Shown here: one piece after another, positions 12,246 through 26,300 of the stretch
Position numbering within the stretch: the stretch's first letter is position 1
How the letters are laid out: every line of letters starts with the position of its first letter
Source of the DNA: Phaeosaccion multiseriatum
Taxonomy: Eukaryota > Protista > Ochrophyta, other classes
Reading direction: 5' to 3'
DNA length: 64,000 nt
Assembly: GCA_965112735.1 (NCBI GenBank)
Contig: OZ218963.1
Coordinates: forward strand, 744,001 to 808,000
Made by a program: the position numbers and the translations under genes
The notes under the pieces: model-generated
Database searches by the model: none
Told to the model about the DNA's origin: nothing
The model's input: the letters and a program-made list of their open reading frames with translations, nothing else

Positions 12246-12612
12246 TATATTACACCCTTAAGTGCCATCTATGGTTGTCTAAAAGTAATGTCTCACCGCC
12301 CCGGGGAACTTAGCCCTCGAGGTCGTGTCCCTCTGACTCATCAGTTCTTCCCATTGGAACAAAGTTGATACCAGCCAGGATCCTGTGGCGAACCGATCGT
12401 TCGTGTCGGGCCCGCTGGAGCGCTACGGCTAATCGTCGCCGAATGACACAAACAGCCCTCACATAAGCCCTCGTGTCAAGATGTTCGTGCCCCCCAGCCA
12501 TGTGGGTGGCGAGTGTTTTGACAAACATCTGTGCTGACGGGCCAAATGCACCTTGCTGTTCTATGGCAAAAGGGACAAGGTGGTACCGCGTGGGGTCATA
12601 GTGGATACTTTA
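12246..12612 (-). mobile_element. 5'-truncated CRE-like (restriction-like endonuclease) non-LTR retrotransposon 3' end
   Basis: Minus frame HLVPFAIEQQGAFGPSAQMFVKTLA...IRRRLAVALQRAR fits the RLE C-terminal pattern PFAxExxGxxG...RRRLSxALQR. Its 3' flank recurs at 28057-28106. Confidence 0.6.
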
Positions 12613-12742
12613 AGTCATAGTTGATTTGGATTCACTCCATCTTGTGGCTGTGTTGGTGATAGAGCGTCGCCCGGCGCGCAGGGGGGGTGGAGCATCGGAG
12701 CATCAATCAGATAGAGAAAGAAATAGAAAGACATAAAGGAGG

Positions 12743-14838
12743 ATGGAGGAAGAAAAGAGAAGTGACGGCCAGTTGCCTGCGTCTCCCACAGCAGAAGGCC
12801 AAGACGGCAGCAACGACAATGGCGGCTTGGAGGGACAGGCGACTGGTGGGGAGCAGGAAGCCAACGAGACAAAGGACACGGAGGAGACTCTGCAGCAAGA
12901 AAGGGAGAACGTCATGGAGGGTGATGAGGCGCTCATGGAGGAGGATGATGTCTTGTTGGACGGACGACGAGAGATAATCTTTGACATAGGTGAGATACGA
13001 GGATAGGATAGCCTTTTCTTTGGAGCCTGCCCTTGGCTTCGTTGCTTGTGCTGCTGCCGTTCATTCGCCTCGCAACTGCGCTTGCAGAATGACTTTCTCG
13101 TGCCTCCCGGCTTGTGGAGGAGGGAAGATTTGCTCTCCCTGTTGCTGCAACTTTCCTGCGGCTCGCGTACGGCCCCATTCGCGAATGCCCCTGCTTCCTC
13201 ATCCTTATTGATCCTGCTGAATGCTCCTGCTTCCTCCTCCTTATTGATCCTGCTGAATGCTTCTGCTTCCTCCTGCTGAATGCTCCTGCTGAATGCTCCT
13301 GCTGCTCCTTTGACTGACTTGTGCTGTGTTGCGTACCCAATAACTCTGACTCCCTCACCACCCCACAGACAAGATAGGTCCCAATGCATCGGACAAGTTC
13401 ATGGCTGCCGTGAGAGATGTGAATCGCAATGGGTGGGATACAGAGGCGTGGCAAGCCATCACAGAAGAGGCCCAAAGAGGGAGGACCGGGAAGCTTCGTG
13501 TCAAACCAATCTATAGGGCGTTACTGGAGAGGTAGGGATAAGGGAGAGAGGGGGGGGGGGGGGGGCCGGGAAGAAGAGAGGGAGGAGGGAAGAAGTGAAA
13601 GTGAAGAATCTCGTGCCATACTGCCACAGCGCAATTTTCCTTTTCATCAATCGCCAGCACTAACTTCACCACTCTCCTCTCTCTCCTCCCCTCCCCTCCC
13701 CTCTGCTCCCCCCTTCTCTCCTGCATCCTCTCCCAACCGCATGGTGGGCATGCATCACATCACAAACACACACACACACACACAACACACACACAACAAA
13801 AGATTCCCAACGTCAGGGCGGCACTGGCGCTTCCTCGCAACTCTTGAGCTTGAGGAGGGCAACGCCTCTGCCGTGGACGAAGCCCTCTCCGCGAGTTTGC
13901 TCAAGTGCGTCAGCCTGGACTTGTGGCAGTTCTACATTGAGAAGATGAGGCGGTCGGCCCTAGTGGGCCCTGGGGGGGCAGTAGCAGGAGGAGGAGGAGG
14001 GGGGGGGGGGGAGGGGAAGGAGGGGGCAGCCCGGCAGGAGATGATCAAGGCCTTTGAACTAGCGCTGCAGCACATGGGTGTGAACTTGTTGTCAGGACCG
14101 TTGTGGAAGGCCTATCTCGATTTTATACACACGTGGGAGGAGCGCACCACTCTGGACAGCGACGCCAAGGTGAGTAGTAAGTCAATGGGTGGCTGTAGTA
14201 AGTAAATGGGAGTGGGTGGGTGGATGGGTGGATGGATGGATGGGTCGATGGATGGGTAGATGGGTGGATGGATGGATGGATGGATGGGTGAATGGGTGGA
14301 TGGATGGGTGGATGGGTGGGTGGGTGAATGGGTGGGTGGATGGGTGGGTGGGTGGGTGGATGGGTGGATGGGTGGATGGGTGGATCGGTGGATGGGTGGG
14401 TGACTTGGGTGGGTGGGTGGGTGGGTGGGTGGGTGGATACTTTTGTGGGTAGATGGGTGGATGGGTGGGTGGATGTGTGGGTGGATGGGTGGGTGGGTGG
14501 ATAGTTAGGTAGGTGTGAGCGGTCCGCACCGTCCCCTGGCACCTCTACATTTTGCCATTCCCCTGACAATATGACCACTCGTTCTCCCTTCCCTCTCCCC
14601 CGGCCCCCCCGTCCTTCCTGCTTCCTCCTTCTCCTCCTCCTCCTCCTCCTCCTCCTCCTCCTCCTCCTCCTCCTCCTCCTCCTCCTCCTCCTCCTCCTCC
14701 TCCTCCTCTTCCTCTTCCTCCTCCTCCTCCTCCTCCTCCTCCTCCTCCTCCTCCTCCTCCTCCTCCTCCTCCTCCTCCTCCTCCTCCTCCTCCTGCTCCT
14801 CCTCCTCCTGCTCCTGCTTCTCCCTCCTCCTCCTCCTC

Positions 14839-14869
<31 letters not shown>

Positions 14870-17251
14870 TCCTCCCCCTCCTCCTCCTCCCCCTCTCCAC
14901 CCCTCTAGAATGGTGCTCTCCGCAGTGCCTATCAGCGTGCTGTGTGCGTCCCCATGGACGGCCTTGACCGCGTCTGGAGGGACTATGAAGCCTTTGAGAA
15001 CAAGGTAAGAAGGGGTGACAAAGGGATAATACTACGGAGGTTTCCGACCTCACGTTCCCGGCCACTTCGCTTGTTCCCCACCTCCTCCCCTCCCCTCTCT
15101 TCTCCTCCTCGTATGACTTGAAATGCCCTCCCCATATGCCTCTACACATCCCCTCCTAATAAAGGTTTCCGAGCACACATGGCGTACCAAGTTCAGTGCT
15201 CAGTTTGAGCCACGCTTCAGAGCAGCCAAAGCCGTGTATGTGGAGCGGAAGAAGGTATGGGGCTTAACCCTTTCTAGAGCATTGGGTATGGGGTATGGGG
15301 TATAGGGTATAGGGTATAAGGTATGGGGTATGGGGTATAGGGTATAGGGTATAGGGTATAGGGTATGGGGTATAGGGTATAGGGTATGGGATATAGGGTA
15401 TGGGGTATGGGGTATAGGGTATAGGGTATAGGGTATAGAGTATAGGGTATAGGGGGGGGGATAGGGTATGGGTTACAGGGTATAGGGTATAGAGTATAGG
15501 GTATGGGGTATAGGGTATAGGGCATTGGGTATGGGGTATGGAGTATAGGGTAAAAAAAGGGGGACAGGGAAAGGAGAGAAGGATGTACAGGGTATACCGC
15601 CGTCCGCGCATGTGTTAGGCATGTATGTTTGGCATGCGTGCGCCTTCCCCCCGTCCCTCTCTCATCCCCAACTTTGGTGCATGTGGGTGTGTGCATGTGC
15701 ATGTGTGTATGGATGTGTGTGTGTGTGTGTGTGTGTGTGTCAGGCGTGGGAAGGCATCCGTACGGACTTACTGGCCACCCCTCCTTCCCCCTACACACGC
15801 GGAGGAGGCAGAGAGAGAGACTCAAGAGACGCGCATGACGCCCAACGCAAGAGGGAACAGTTGGTGATACAGCAAATGGAGCAGCTTCGGCTGTGGCAGA
15901 GGAGGATCGCTTACGAACGGGGTAACCCGGAACGCGTGGACGAGTCACAGCTACGACGACGGGTGCGCCACTCGTATCACCAATGCCTTGCCTGCATGCG
16001 CTTCTATCCCGAGATTTGGTTCGATTTGGCGCAGTACGAAGCCACAGTTGGCGACTACGGCAGGGCGGCAGAAGTGTATGACGAAGCGTTGAAGGTGTTG
16101 CCGGGCAGCGAGTTGCTCCCCATGGCTGCTGCCGAGCTGCACGAGGGGAGGGGGGACGTGGGAAGAGCGAAGGAGGTGTGGATGAGGTTCCTAGGGGAGG
16201 GAGGGGAGGGAGACGGAGGAGGAGGAGGGACGGGGGTAACAGCGAATGGAGTGGCTGGTAAGGGAGGAGGAGAAGGGGGAGGGGGAATGAGTGATGAAAA
16301 TGACCCGGGCAAGAGCAGCAGCAGTGGGAGTGGGGGGGTGGGGGGGGGGCGGACTGGGCGGGGTGCGCACTCCACAGGGGGGTGGGTTATGTTTCAGCAC
16401 TTCGTACGGCGGACGGAGGGGAAGGAGGCAGCGAGGAGAGTGTTCGGCCGCTGCAGGCATCTCAGGAGGGCGGGAAAGCTTTCCTACGAGGTGAGTGACG
16501 AAGGAAGGAAGGAAGGGAGGGAGGGAGGGAGGGAGGGAGGGAGGGAGAGAGAGACAGGGAGGGAGCGAGGGAGGGAGAGAGGGAGGGAGGGAGGGAGGGA
16601 GGAGAGAGGGAGGGAGGGAGGGAGGGAGGGAGGGAGGGAGGGAGGAAGAGGGAGGGAGGGAGAGAGGGAGAGAGAGGGGGAGGGAGGGAGGAAGGGAGGA
16701 AGGGAGGGAGAGAGGGAGAGAGAGAGGAAGAGAGAGAGAGGGAGAGAGAGGGAGGGAGGGAGGGAGGGAGGGAGAAACACATGTGAGTCGATCGATACTT
16801 TGGATGGAGGGATCGCTTTAGTAGTTTTCATTTCATCTCATGAGCTGAACTGAACTGAGTGGGGCCGGGGGGTGAAGGGTGGGAAGGGAGAGAGGAAGGA
16901 GGGGAGAGCAGATGAAGAAGAACAAGGGGGAGGAGGAGGAGGAGGAGGAGGAGGAGGAGGAGACGAAGAAGAAGAAGGGGGGAAGAAGACGGGACAATCA
17001 CCAAGGAACCACGGAACAAAAGAACCGAAAGCGAAACGGAACGCGACACAGAAGGGGTTGGGAGGGGAGAGAGGAAAGAGGGGAGGGGAGGAGTGAAGGA
17101 GCAGAAGAAGTGGAGAGGCCAAGACGGGGCGAAACCATACAAACTACCACGGAACAAAACCGAAAGCGAAACGAAGCGCCACACGGAAGGGGTTGGGGGG
17201 GTCAGGGCCGGTAGAGGGTGTGTATGTATATGTGTGTGCTGTGTGTGTGTG

Positions 17252-17297
<46 letters not shown>

Positions 17298-17309
17298 TAT
17301 ATGTGTGTG

Positions 17310-17363
<54 letters not shown>

Positions 17364-18561
17364 ATGTGTGTGCGCGCGCGTGTGTGTGTGTGTAGAGGTG
17401 GGTGGTGCCACCTTTTTTGGTGACTGACTTGATGACTTTCATCACGTGATCGCTTGGTATCTTTTGCCCCCCCCCCCCTGCGGCACACCCGCACCCCACT
17501 CCCTCCCTCTCCCCGTCCCCTCCCTCTCACCCTCTCCTCCCTCCCCTCCCCCTCTCTCACTCCATATCACCAACAGGTGTACCTAGCCCATGCCTCTATG
17601 GAGCAGCGCATCAACCTGGAGCCCGACGTGGCGCAGAGAGTACTTGAGCTCGGTCTCAGTCACCACTCCAGCTTTATAAGGCAACAAGCCTATGTGATGG
17701 CCTACATTGACCTCCTTGCCGCTAAAGCCGATGAGGTGAGAATGAGTAGGATGGATGAGTCTGTCTTTCTGTCGTTCAGTCTTTCTGTCTTTAAGTTCTC
17801 TGTCTGTCTCTCTGTCTTTCTGTCTGTCTCTTTTCACTCCTTCTGTCTCTCTCTCTGTCTTTCTGTCTGTCTGTCTCTTTTCACTCCTTCTGTCTCTATC
17901 TCTCTCTTTCTGTCTCCCTCTGTCTCTCTCTACGTCCAAAATTTTCTCCTTGTCTCTCTATTTTCTCCCTCCCGCCCTGTCTTCGATGCATTGGAGTGTG
18001 TGGATGTATCCAACAGATAGAGTTGAGTGGTGAAATGTTTACCAACTACTCACTCCACTCTCGTTACTCCACCATACCCCCCCTTCCCATACCCTTTACC
18101 CTCCTCCGCCTCCTCCTCCTCCTCCTCCTCCTCCTCCTCCTCCTCCTCCTCCTCCTCCTCCTCCACCTCCTCCTCCTCCTCCGCCTCCTCCTCCTCCTCC
18201 TCCTCCTCCTCCTCCATCCCCTATCAGGAGAGCCTTCGTGTGCTGCTCGAGAGGGTCCTTGACACGAGTGGTGCCGCGAACATGAGTCCTGAGGCGGCTG
18301 CCCCTGTGTGGGAGCGCTACTTGACACTCGAGTTGTGCAGTGCTGCCGCTTCCGGCTCTCTCACGAAGGTGGGTAGGAAGTCAGTGGGTGGGTGAGCAGT
18401 AGGTCAATAGGTGGGTAGTAAGTCAATGGGTGAGCAGTAGGTCAATAGGTGGAGTGATTTTGGCTTTCTCCTCTTCTGTTTCAAGGCGCGCACCTGGCTG
18501 CTTCTCTTGAAACGCACCTACCCACACACACACACACACACGCACACACGCCCACTCACCC

Positions 18562-18592
<31 letters not shown>

Positions 18593-19309
18593 ACTCCTTC
18601 ACACACACATGTACACCCACACACACACACACTCCTTCACACACACATGTACACACACACACACACACACACATGTACACACACACACACACACACACAC
18701 ACTCCTTCACACCCTTACAGCTTCACTCCCTAGAGCAGCGTGTTGCTCTTGCCTACCCCGACGAGGGGCGCAATCGAAGCCTCTACCAAGTGCTAAGGAG
18801 AGTTCAACTGGCCATTGGGGGCGGGGGGGGGAGGGGATGGGGGAGTCGAGCAGCCCTAAGGTCCATCTCTGACAGGCTCTACATGGAGCGCTGTGGAGGC
18901 CTCGGGGGGGGGGGGGGGAGGGGAGGAGAGGGGGAGCAGGGGCGCGGGGAGGGAGGGAGGGAGGGGAGGGGAGGAGAGTGGAGAGCGGGCGGGGGGGACC
19001 GGGTGAAGGAGGACGGCAACGGCAAGAACGTGGGGCGCAGGTGAGGGAGTTGGTGATACACAGGAGGGGAGAGGAGGGGAGGGGTCAGCAGCGTATTCAT
19101 TTGTTTGTTTGTGTATGGATATAGTGTGTGTGTGTTTCCCGAAAAGCCTTTTGTCCCCTCGTCCGCCTCTTTTCCCCTTGTAAGTAAGCCTGAAATGAAA
19201 GCGCCTTGAAAGCCTGACACTTTCTTTCCACCGCCCATACCCTCCCCCCCCCCACATAATCGTCATCGCCGTCCTTGGTGGTGTACTTGCTGCAAATGTA
19301 TATACATAC

Positions 19310-19360
<51 letters not shown>

Positions 19361-19827
19361 CATATGTATGTATATATTACCCTTTGGCTTACGCGCTCAT
19401 CAGAGGGACCAAGCGAGGAGACCGTGGGGGGGGAGAAGGAGGAGGAAGAAGAGGAGGAGGAGGAGGAGGAGGAGGGGGCAACTCCTCTTCGGAAGGACTG
19501 CACTCCTCCAGCCTCATCCCCCCCTTCCTTCAAAGCCTTGCGTCGCGGCTCCCTCGCTATAATGGGCAGGGGCACAACCTCGATGTGATTCTCTCGGCGC
19601 TCCGGGACAGGCCTTTGCCGGATACCAAGGCCATGGCTGCGGCAGTTGGTGATACGGAGGGGGGGGGGGGCGGCGGGGGTCGCGGGGGGGAGAGGGCGAG
19701 GAGGGGGAAGAGACGGAGAGGGGCGGACAGTGATGATGAGGACGGAGAGGAGGGACATCAGCGGCCGCTACATGACGTGTTCCGGCAACGGCAGAATGCC
19801 AAGATGGGGGGGGCGGGGAAGGAGTGA
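12743..19827 (+). CDS. CSTF3: Cleavage stimulation factor 77 kDa subunit (CstF-77/Rna14/Suf, HAT repeats)
   Basis: Exons ~12743-12989, 13369-13531, 13803-14169, 14909-15004, 15165-15254, 15744-16490, 17577-17735, 18228-18369, 18721-19040, ~19404-19827. Motifs [53 protein letters not shown]. Confidence 0.9.
14211..14890. repeat. Intronic (GGGT/GGAT)n followed by (CCT)n microsatellites
   Basis: Direct reading of the CstF-77 intron. Confidence 0.95.
15284..15551. repeat. Heptamer satellite (GGGTATA/GGGTATG)n
   Basis: ~270 bp of tandem 7-mers in a CstF-77 intron. Confidence 0.95.
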
Positions 19828-20389
19828 GTGAGGCGGGAGGGAAGGAGGAGGGAGTGAGGGAGGGAGGAGGGAGGGAGGGAGGGAGGGAGGGAGGGAGGGA
19901 GGGAGGGGAGGAGAGGAGGGAAGGGAGGAGAGGGACGGAGGAAGCACCCCTTTGATGGCGCGAAAGGCATAGGGGATGACGGACGCATATGGGGGTGGAT
20001 GGGTGGGGTGGGTTGGAAGTACTTGAGTAGTACGTGATAACACATAACACCCACATAAGAGACACGTTTGAGTTTGAGGAAGGTGGCCTCTAATGATAAT
20101 GATTCATGTACTCGCTTCATGTAAGAGTCTCCCATTTGGCCGGCAGGGGCTCTCCCCGCTGCCCCTGGACGGTGTCAGGACCGCTATTTATCTGACACTG
20201 AAACTGAAACGAAACTGAAAGAGAGGCTCTGTTGTTTCTTCTGATGATGTGCTTCAAATCCCAACCCCTGAGTGCGTGCTTCTATCATATGCTTCCACAT
20301 GCTTTTGCTCCACCCTCGCCCGACCCTCCTCATTGGATCACATCACCGTATCATTAGGCGAGCCCCTCTCTTTGCCCCCCCTTGCTGTA

Positions 20390-21945
20390 TCACCAACTGC
20401 TGCCCTTATGGGCTTCTTGGTGCTGCTTGCCCTCACTGCGGCGGCGGTCCGCATCTCCCACCGTACCGGCTGGTGATACAGCAGCAGCAGTTGGTGATAC
20501 AGCCGCAGCAGAAGCAGTTGGTGGTACAGCAGAGCCTGCCCCCTCTGAGCAGTTGGTGGTACAAGTCACAGTTGTGGTGCCTCCTGCCCTGCCCTCCCTC
20601 CTCAGTGCCTTTGCCCGCTCTACAGCCATGGCCAGCACCACCGCCGGAGGAGGGCTTCTCGAACATAAATGGCGGTCATCGGAGGGTGATCCTGCTGATT
20701 GCCCCCCTGCCATACCACCAACACACACACCAGTAGCAGCAGCAGCATGGTTAGCAGCACCAGCACCGTCGACATTGACATCGAAATCGAAATCGACATC
20801 GAGATTGATGTCGATGCCATCGATATTCGGCCCTCTGATGGCGCCGTCAGCATCAGCAGAGTATCGGCGGCGATATTGGTTGTACTCAGAGGCGCTCCTC
20901 TCCTCCTCCTCCTCCCGTATCACCAACTGCTGCTGCTGCTCCTGCTGCCTCCGCCTGACAAGGGCATTGACCACATCCTGCGGCGGTTTCAACGGTTTCG
21001 ACGGTTTCAAGTGCCCCTGCTGGGGCGGGGCCTGATGGAACCCCTCCATTGGCATGAGCAAGGGTCCCTCCTTTGCCTCTCCTCTCGCCCGACCCTCCTC
21101 CTCCTCCCCCTCCTCCTCCTCCTCCTGCTGCTGCTGCTGCTGCCCGTCCTCTTCCTCCTCCTCATCTGCCTCTATCCCTGCACCCTCCCATCTGTGAGCC
21201 ATCTGCTGTGCCCCATTCGCCTTAGCAGTTGGTGGTACAGCAGCAGTTCCAGGCTCACAACTCCGTTCTTCTTCTTGAAGAGGAGGGAGCGGAGGAGCCG
21301 CAGTACTTGCCCGCCTCACTCCCCTCCGCCATCCATTTCTTCCCCCTGCTGCTCCTCCCTCCTCCCCCTCTTCCTCCTCCTCCTCCTTCTCCTGCTGCTG
21401 CTGCTGCTGCTCCTCCTCCCCTCCCCCCCCGCCGAACAAGGTACCCATGACACGATTCACAGCGCCCCACACACCGACGGGTGGAGAACCAACTGGCGAA
21501 GAGTTACCGTCGTCGTCTTCTGCCGCTGCAGTATCACCAACAGCTGCTGCTGTTGCTGTATCACCAACTGCTGCGAATCGGTCCTCCTCCTCCTCCTCCT
21601 CCTCCTCTTGGTGCTGACTCAACACGGCTGCTTGTCCACCCCTTGGTGGGGGGGCTCGCCTCAAGGAGCGAGAGAGATTCAACACGGTCGAGTGGGACAT
21701 GTGAGCCATCGGAGCCCCCCACTCACCCCCCTGGACCTTGTTGCTGCCCGTGTTCTTGGCCTTCACAGGTGGCGATTCCTGCTGTATCACCACCTCCTCC
21801 TCCTCCTCCTCCCGCTGCTGCTGCTGCTGCTGGTGCTGCTGCTGCTGCGGCTGGCGGGGCCGTGGTTCGTGGTAGTGATGCCATTGATGCGGGTGAGGAT
21901 CTGCCCCTGTCCCACCACGCCGACTGTGCTGCTGCTGTATCACCA

Positions 21946-21979
<34 letters not shown>

Positions 21980-22993
21980 AATCACCAACTGCTGACTGCC
22001 GCTTCTTCTGCTGCTGCTGCTCCTGCCGCTGCTGCTGCTGCTGCTGCTCCGGCGGCGGCTCTTGAAGGGCTGTGGTGAGGAGCCCCCACCCGGGTACAGC
22101 CCCCCCGGGTCTGAGGAGGAGTCATATAGGCACATGCCCCCCCCCGGGTACAGCCCCCCCGGATACAGCGCCTCCGGGGAAGAGGAGGAGGAGGAGGAGG
22201 AACGCCGCCGTCCTGACACCACCGAGACGACCGTGGGAGTTGGCAAGTGTCGTGGGGGGGGGTTGGCAAGAGGGTCATCATCGCCGGCGGAGAGGGTGAG
22301 CGGTGCTCCCCCTGATGAGGATGATGTCGATGTCGATGTCGCACGCGTGGATGACAAAATCGAAGAGGATGGTGGTTGGTGGTGGTGGTGGTGAGAAGAA
22401 GAAGGAGGAGGAGGAGGAGGGCTGTAATGTTGTTGATACTGCTGCTGTTGCCGCGGCGTCGTGCGCTGGTGGTGGTGGTGCCCACTTCGGCCGCTGCCCC
22501 TGCTGCTCACGCTGCTGACACTGCTGTCTCTATCCGACCTCTCAGACGTTCGGCTTCGACTTGATCTCCTTCTTCGAGTGTGGTGCCTTCGCGTCGACTG
22601 CTGCGGCTGTATCACCAAGTGCTGCTGCTGCGGCTGCTGCTGCTGTATCACCGCCTGGTAGCCATGGTAGTTTTCCCCACTTGTCCAGTCCCTCGTCTCC
22701 TCCTTCTCCTCCTTCTCCTCCTTCTCCTCCTTCTCAAGGCTCTCGAGCAGCGACTGCTCTTCCTCGGCCGACATGACCCCCTCTCGAGTAAGCTCAGCTA
22801 TGATCTACACACACCCAGGGGGGGACAGACACACCCAGGGGGGGACAGACACACCCAGGGGGGGACAGACACACCCAGGGGGGGACAGACACACCACACC
22901 GGGATGGCAGTGGACGGGGGGAGGGGAAACAAAAGGACAACGACAAAAGCATGTGAGCGATGTGCGTACCAAATGAGGTATAAATGCCCCTTC

Positions 22994-23045
<52 letters not shown>

Positions 23046-23280
23046 AGGGGTCAAGAGAACATGAGAGCATTGGAAATACATTCATTGAAGGCACAAGATA
23101 AGATGAGATAAGATAAGATAAGAGCACATTGGCGGAGATACCATAACACGCCCGCCCCTCCGCCCCCCCACCCATCCACACACACACATGCGCACACACA
23201 TATGCACACACACATATGCACATGCACACACACACACATGCACACACACACCACACACACAATACACACACGCACACACG

Positions 23281-23311
<31 letters not shown>

Positions 23312-26300
23312 ACACACACATACACACACGCACGCACACACACGCACACGCGCACGCACACGCACGCACACACACACGCACACGCACACACACACACACC
23401 TGTGATCTCGTCTTGCCCATGTGATGCTCCACAAGCGCCAAGCTTCGCCGCAAGCCCTCCTCAGTGGGCCGCCCTTCAAGCCCCCCAGGAGAAGGCTGAT
23501 GGGCCTGGCCGTGCTGATGCAGTAGTTGGTGATACAGATACTGAGAAGAGCTCAGGACTGCCCCATGCGGGGTCAGACCCCTGTGATTTCGTGCTTCGGG
23601 CTCCGCTCCATACTCGAGCAGGGCCTTGACACAAGCGGTATGCCCCCGCCACACCGCCTGGTGTAGAGGGGTGTCGCCGTCCTCGTTGCTTTGTGTGGCG
23701 ATGGCTGCCCCACGTAGGAGCCAAAGAAGGCATGCCTTGGCGCCACGTCCTGCAGCCACACCGACCTGTGGAGGTTTTGTTTGTAACGTTCAGATGGTAA
23801 GTCGGTGAGAGGAAGTCACGAAGTCAGGGAGGAAGGGAGGAAGGGAGGGAGGGAGGGAGGGAGGGAGGGAGGGAGGGAGGAGGGAGGGGTGGGAGAGGAG
23901 AGGAGAGGAGAGCAGAGGAGAGGAGAGAAGGGAGGGAGGGAGGGAGGGAGGGAGGGAGGGAGGGAGGGAGGGAGGGAGGGAGGGAGGGAGGGAGGGAGGG
24001 AGGGAGGGAGGGAGGGAGGGAGGGAGGGAGGGAGGGAGGGAGGGAGGGAGGGAGGGAGGGAGGGAGGGAGGGAGGGAGGGAGGAAGGAGAGAGGGAGGGA
24101 GGGAGGAAGTGGAAGGGAGAGGAGGGGAGGGATGGACCGAGGCAACCTTTCACTCTCGTCTACTCTACACACCGGCGTGTTGCCGCGGGCATCTCTCGCA
24201 TCCACGTCCGCCCCCGCGTCACAGAGGAGCTTCACCACCTCCACATGGTTCCTCTGGCAGGCGTGGTGAAGAGGTGTGCGTCCAGCGTCGTCCTCACAGT
24301 TGGCGGTGGCGCCTCGTTGCAGGAGCTTGTGTACGTCCTCCGTCCGCCCTGCAATGGTGGCGACAAAGAGCCCTCTTTCTCTATTGCACGAATCGGCGTC
24401 GTCGCCAGCATGGACATTTTCTTCATGTGCATGGTGGTGGTGCTGCAGGTGGTTATCCGCGTTGTCGTTTTCTGTTGCCGTCGTCGGATACAGAGCGTAG
24501 GACATGGCCTACATGTTTGCAAGGGAGAGGAGGGGAGGGGAGGGGAGGGGAAGGGAGGGAGGAGGGGAGGAGGGGAGGGGGGGGGGGTGGGAGGGGAGGG
24601 TAGGAGGGAGGTCAGGGGGAGGTGGGAAGGTGGGTAGGTAGGTAGGCAGGTAGGAAGGTAGGTAGGTAGGTAGGTAGGTAGGTAGGTAGGTAGGTAGGTA
24701 GGTAGGTAGGCAGGTAGGCAGGTAGGTAGGTAGGTAGGTAGGTAGGTAGGAAGGAAGGAAGGAGGTAGGGAGGAAGGAAGGAAGGAGGTAGGTAGGTAGG
24801 TAGGTAGGTAGGTAGGTAGATAGGTAGGTAGGTAGGTAGGTAGGTAGGTAGGAAGGCAGGTAGGCAGGCAGGTAGGTAGGTAGGTAGGTAGGTAGGTAGG
24901 TAGGCACGTAGGTGGGCAGGTAGGTAGGTAGGTAGGAAGGTAGGTAGGTAGGTAGGTCGGTAGGTAGGTAGGTAGGTAGGTAGGTAGGTAGGTAGGTAGG
25001 TAGGAAGGAAGGAGGTAGGTAGGTAGGTAGGCAGGTAGGTAGGCAGGTAGGTAGGTAGGGAAGTAGGTAGGCAGTAGGTAGGTAGGCAGGCAGGCAGGTC
25101 GGAAGGAAGGTAGGCAGGTAGGTAGGTGGGTAGGTAGGTAGGTAGGTAGGCAGGCAGGTAGGCAGGTAGGTAGGAAGGTAGGTAGGAAGGTAGGTAGGTA
25201 GGTAGGTAGGTAGGTAGGTAGGTAGGTAGGTAGGTAGGTAGGTAGGTAGGTAGGTAGGTAGGTAGGTAGGTAGGTAGGTAGGTAGGTAGGTAGGTAGGTA
25301 GGTTGGTAGGTAGGTAGGTAGGTAGGTGTGTAAGATAGGAGCCTTCCCTTCCTCGCTTACCTTCTCATAGTCCCTCCCTCGCAGCGGCTTTGCCCAGGAA
25401 GTCCTCAATCTCGCCAGGCCCGGGTTATGAGAAGAGGCGGGCTTCTCGCGCTGCCCCAAGTTGACAACGACTCGGATTCGACCACGAGAAGAAGAAAGAG
25501 TAGAGGGAGTGGAAGGAGCAGACTTGTCGGTCGACAGTAAGGGACCGTTCACTATCTCTCTCTTCCTGCTGCTCGCGCTGCTCCTGCTGGTGCTGGTGCT
25601 GGTGCTGATGCTGTTGCTGCGAGGAGGGGGCGGCGTCATGTTGGTAAGAAGTGCGTTGGCGAAGAACCGGCCCCACACGCGCAGGTGCGTAGAGTCCGCC
25701 TCGGAATCAGCTCCAGCAGTTGGTGATACAGACACAGCAGCGCAAGCACCAGGCCCTCGCTGTCTCTCTCCCTGCTCCTTTGCTATTCCTGCTGCTGTAT
25801 CACCAACTGCTGCTGCTCCAGCTGCTGCTGCTGCTGCGGCTGTGTCTGCATCACCAACTGCAGCGCTTGAGAGCACCAATGACGACGAGGCCTTCGATAT
25901 AGCTCCATCCCATTCGTGCCCCCCTTGCAACCCCTCCCACTCCTCCTGTTGCTGCTGCTGTATCACCAACTGCTGCACCGGGTGCTCCCACTGCGTGTCT
26001 CCTGTGATACTGTTGTAAAAGTACTCTTCCCCTGCCTCTGTCTCACATCGCTGCCAGCCCATTGAGACCGCTGCTCCTCCTTCCTCGTAATGGTAAGGTG
26101 TAACTGTTGACTTGCAAGTCTCTCCCCGTTCCTCCTGCTCCTCCTCCTTCTCTGCTTCCTCCTCCTCCTCCTCCTCCTCCTCCTCCTCCTCCTCCTTCTC
26201 CTCCTCCTTCTCCTCCTCCTCCTCCTGCTGCTGCTGCTGCTGCTCCTTCTCCTCCTCCTCCTCATCCTCCTTTTCCTCCTCCTCCTCATCCTCCTCCTCC

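Noticed and set aside
22806-22893. Short regular repeats as a CRISPR array (also 8780-9040 and 13186-13305)
   Set aside because: Head-to-tail repeats without unique spacers, no cas genes, eukaryotic context.
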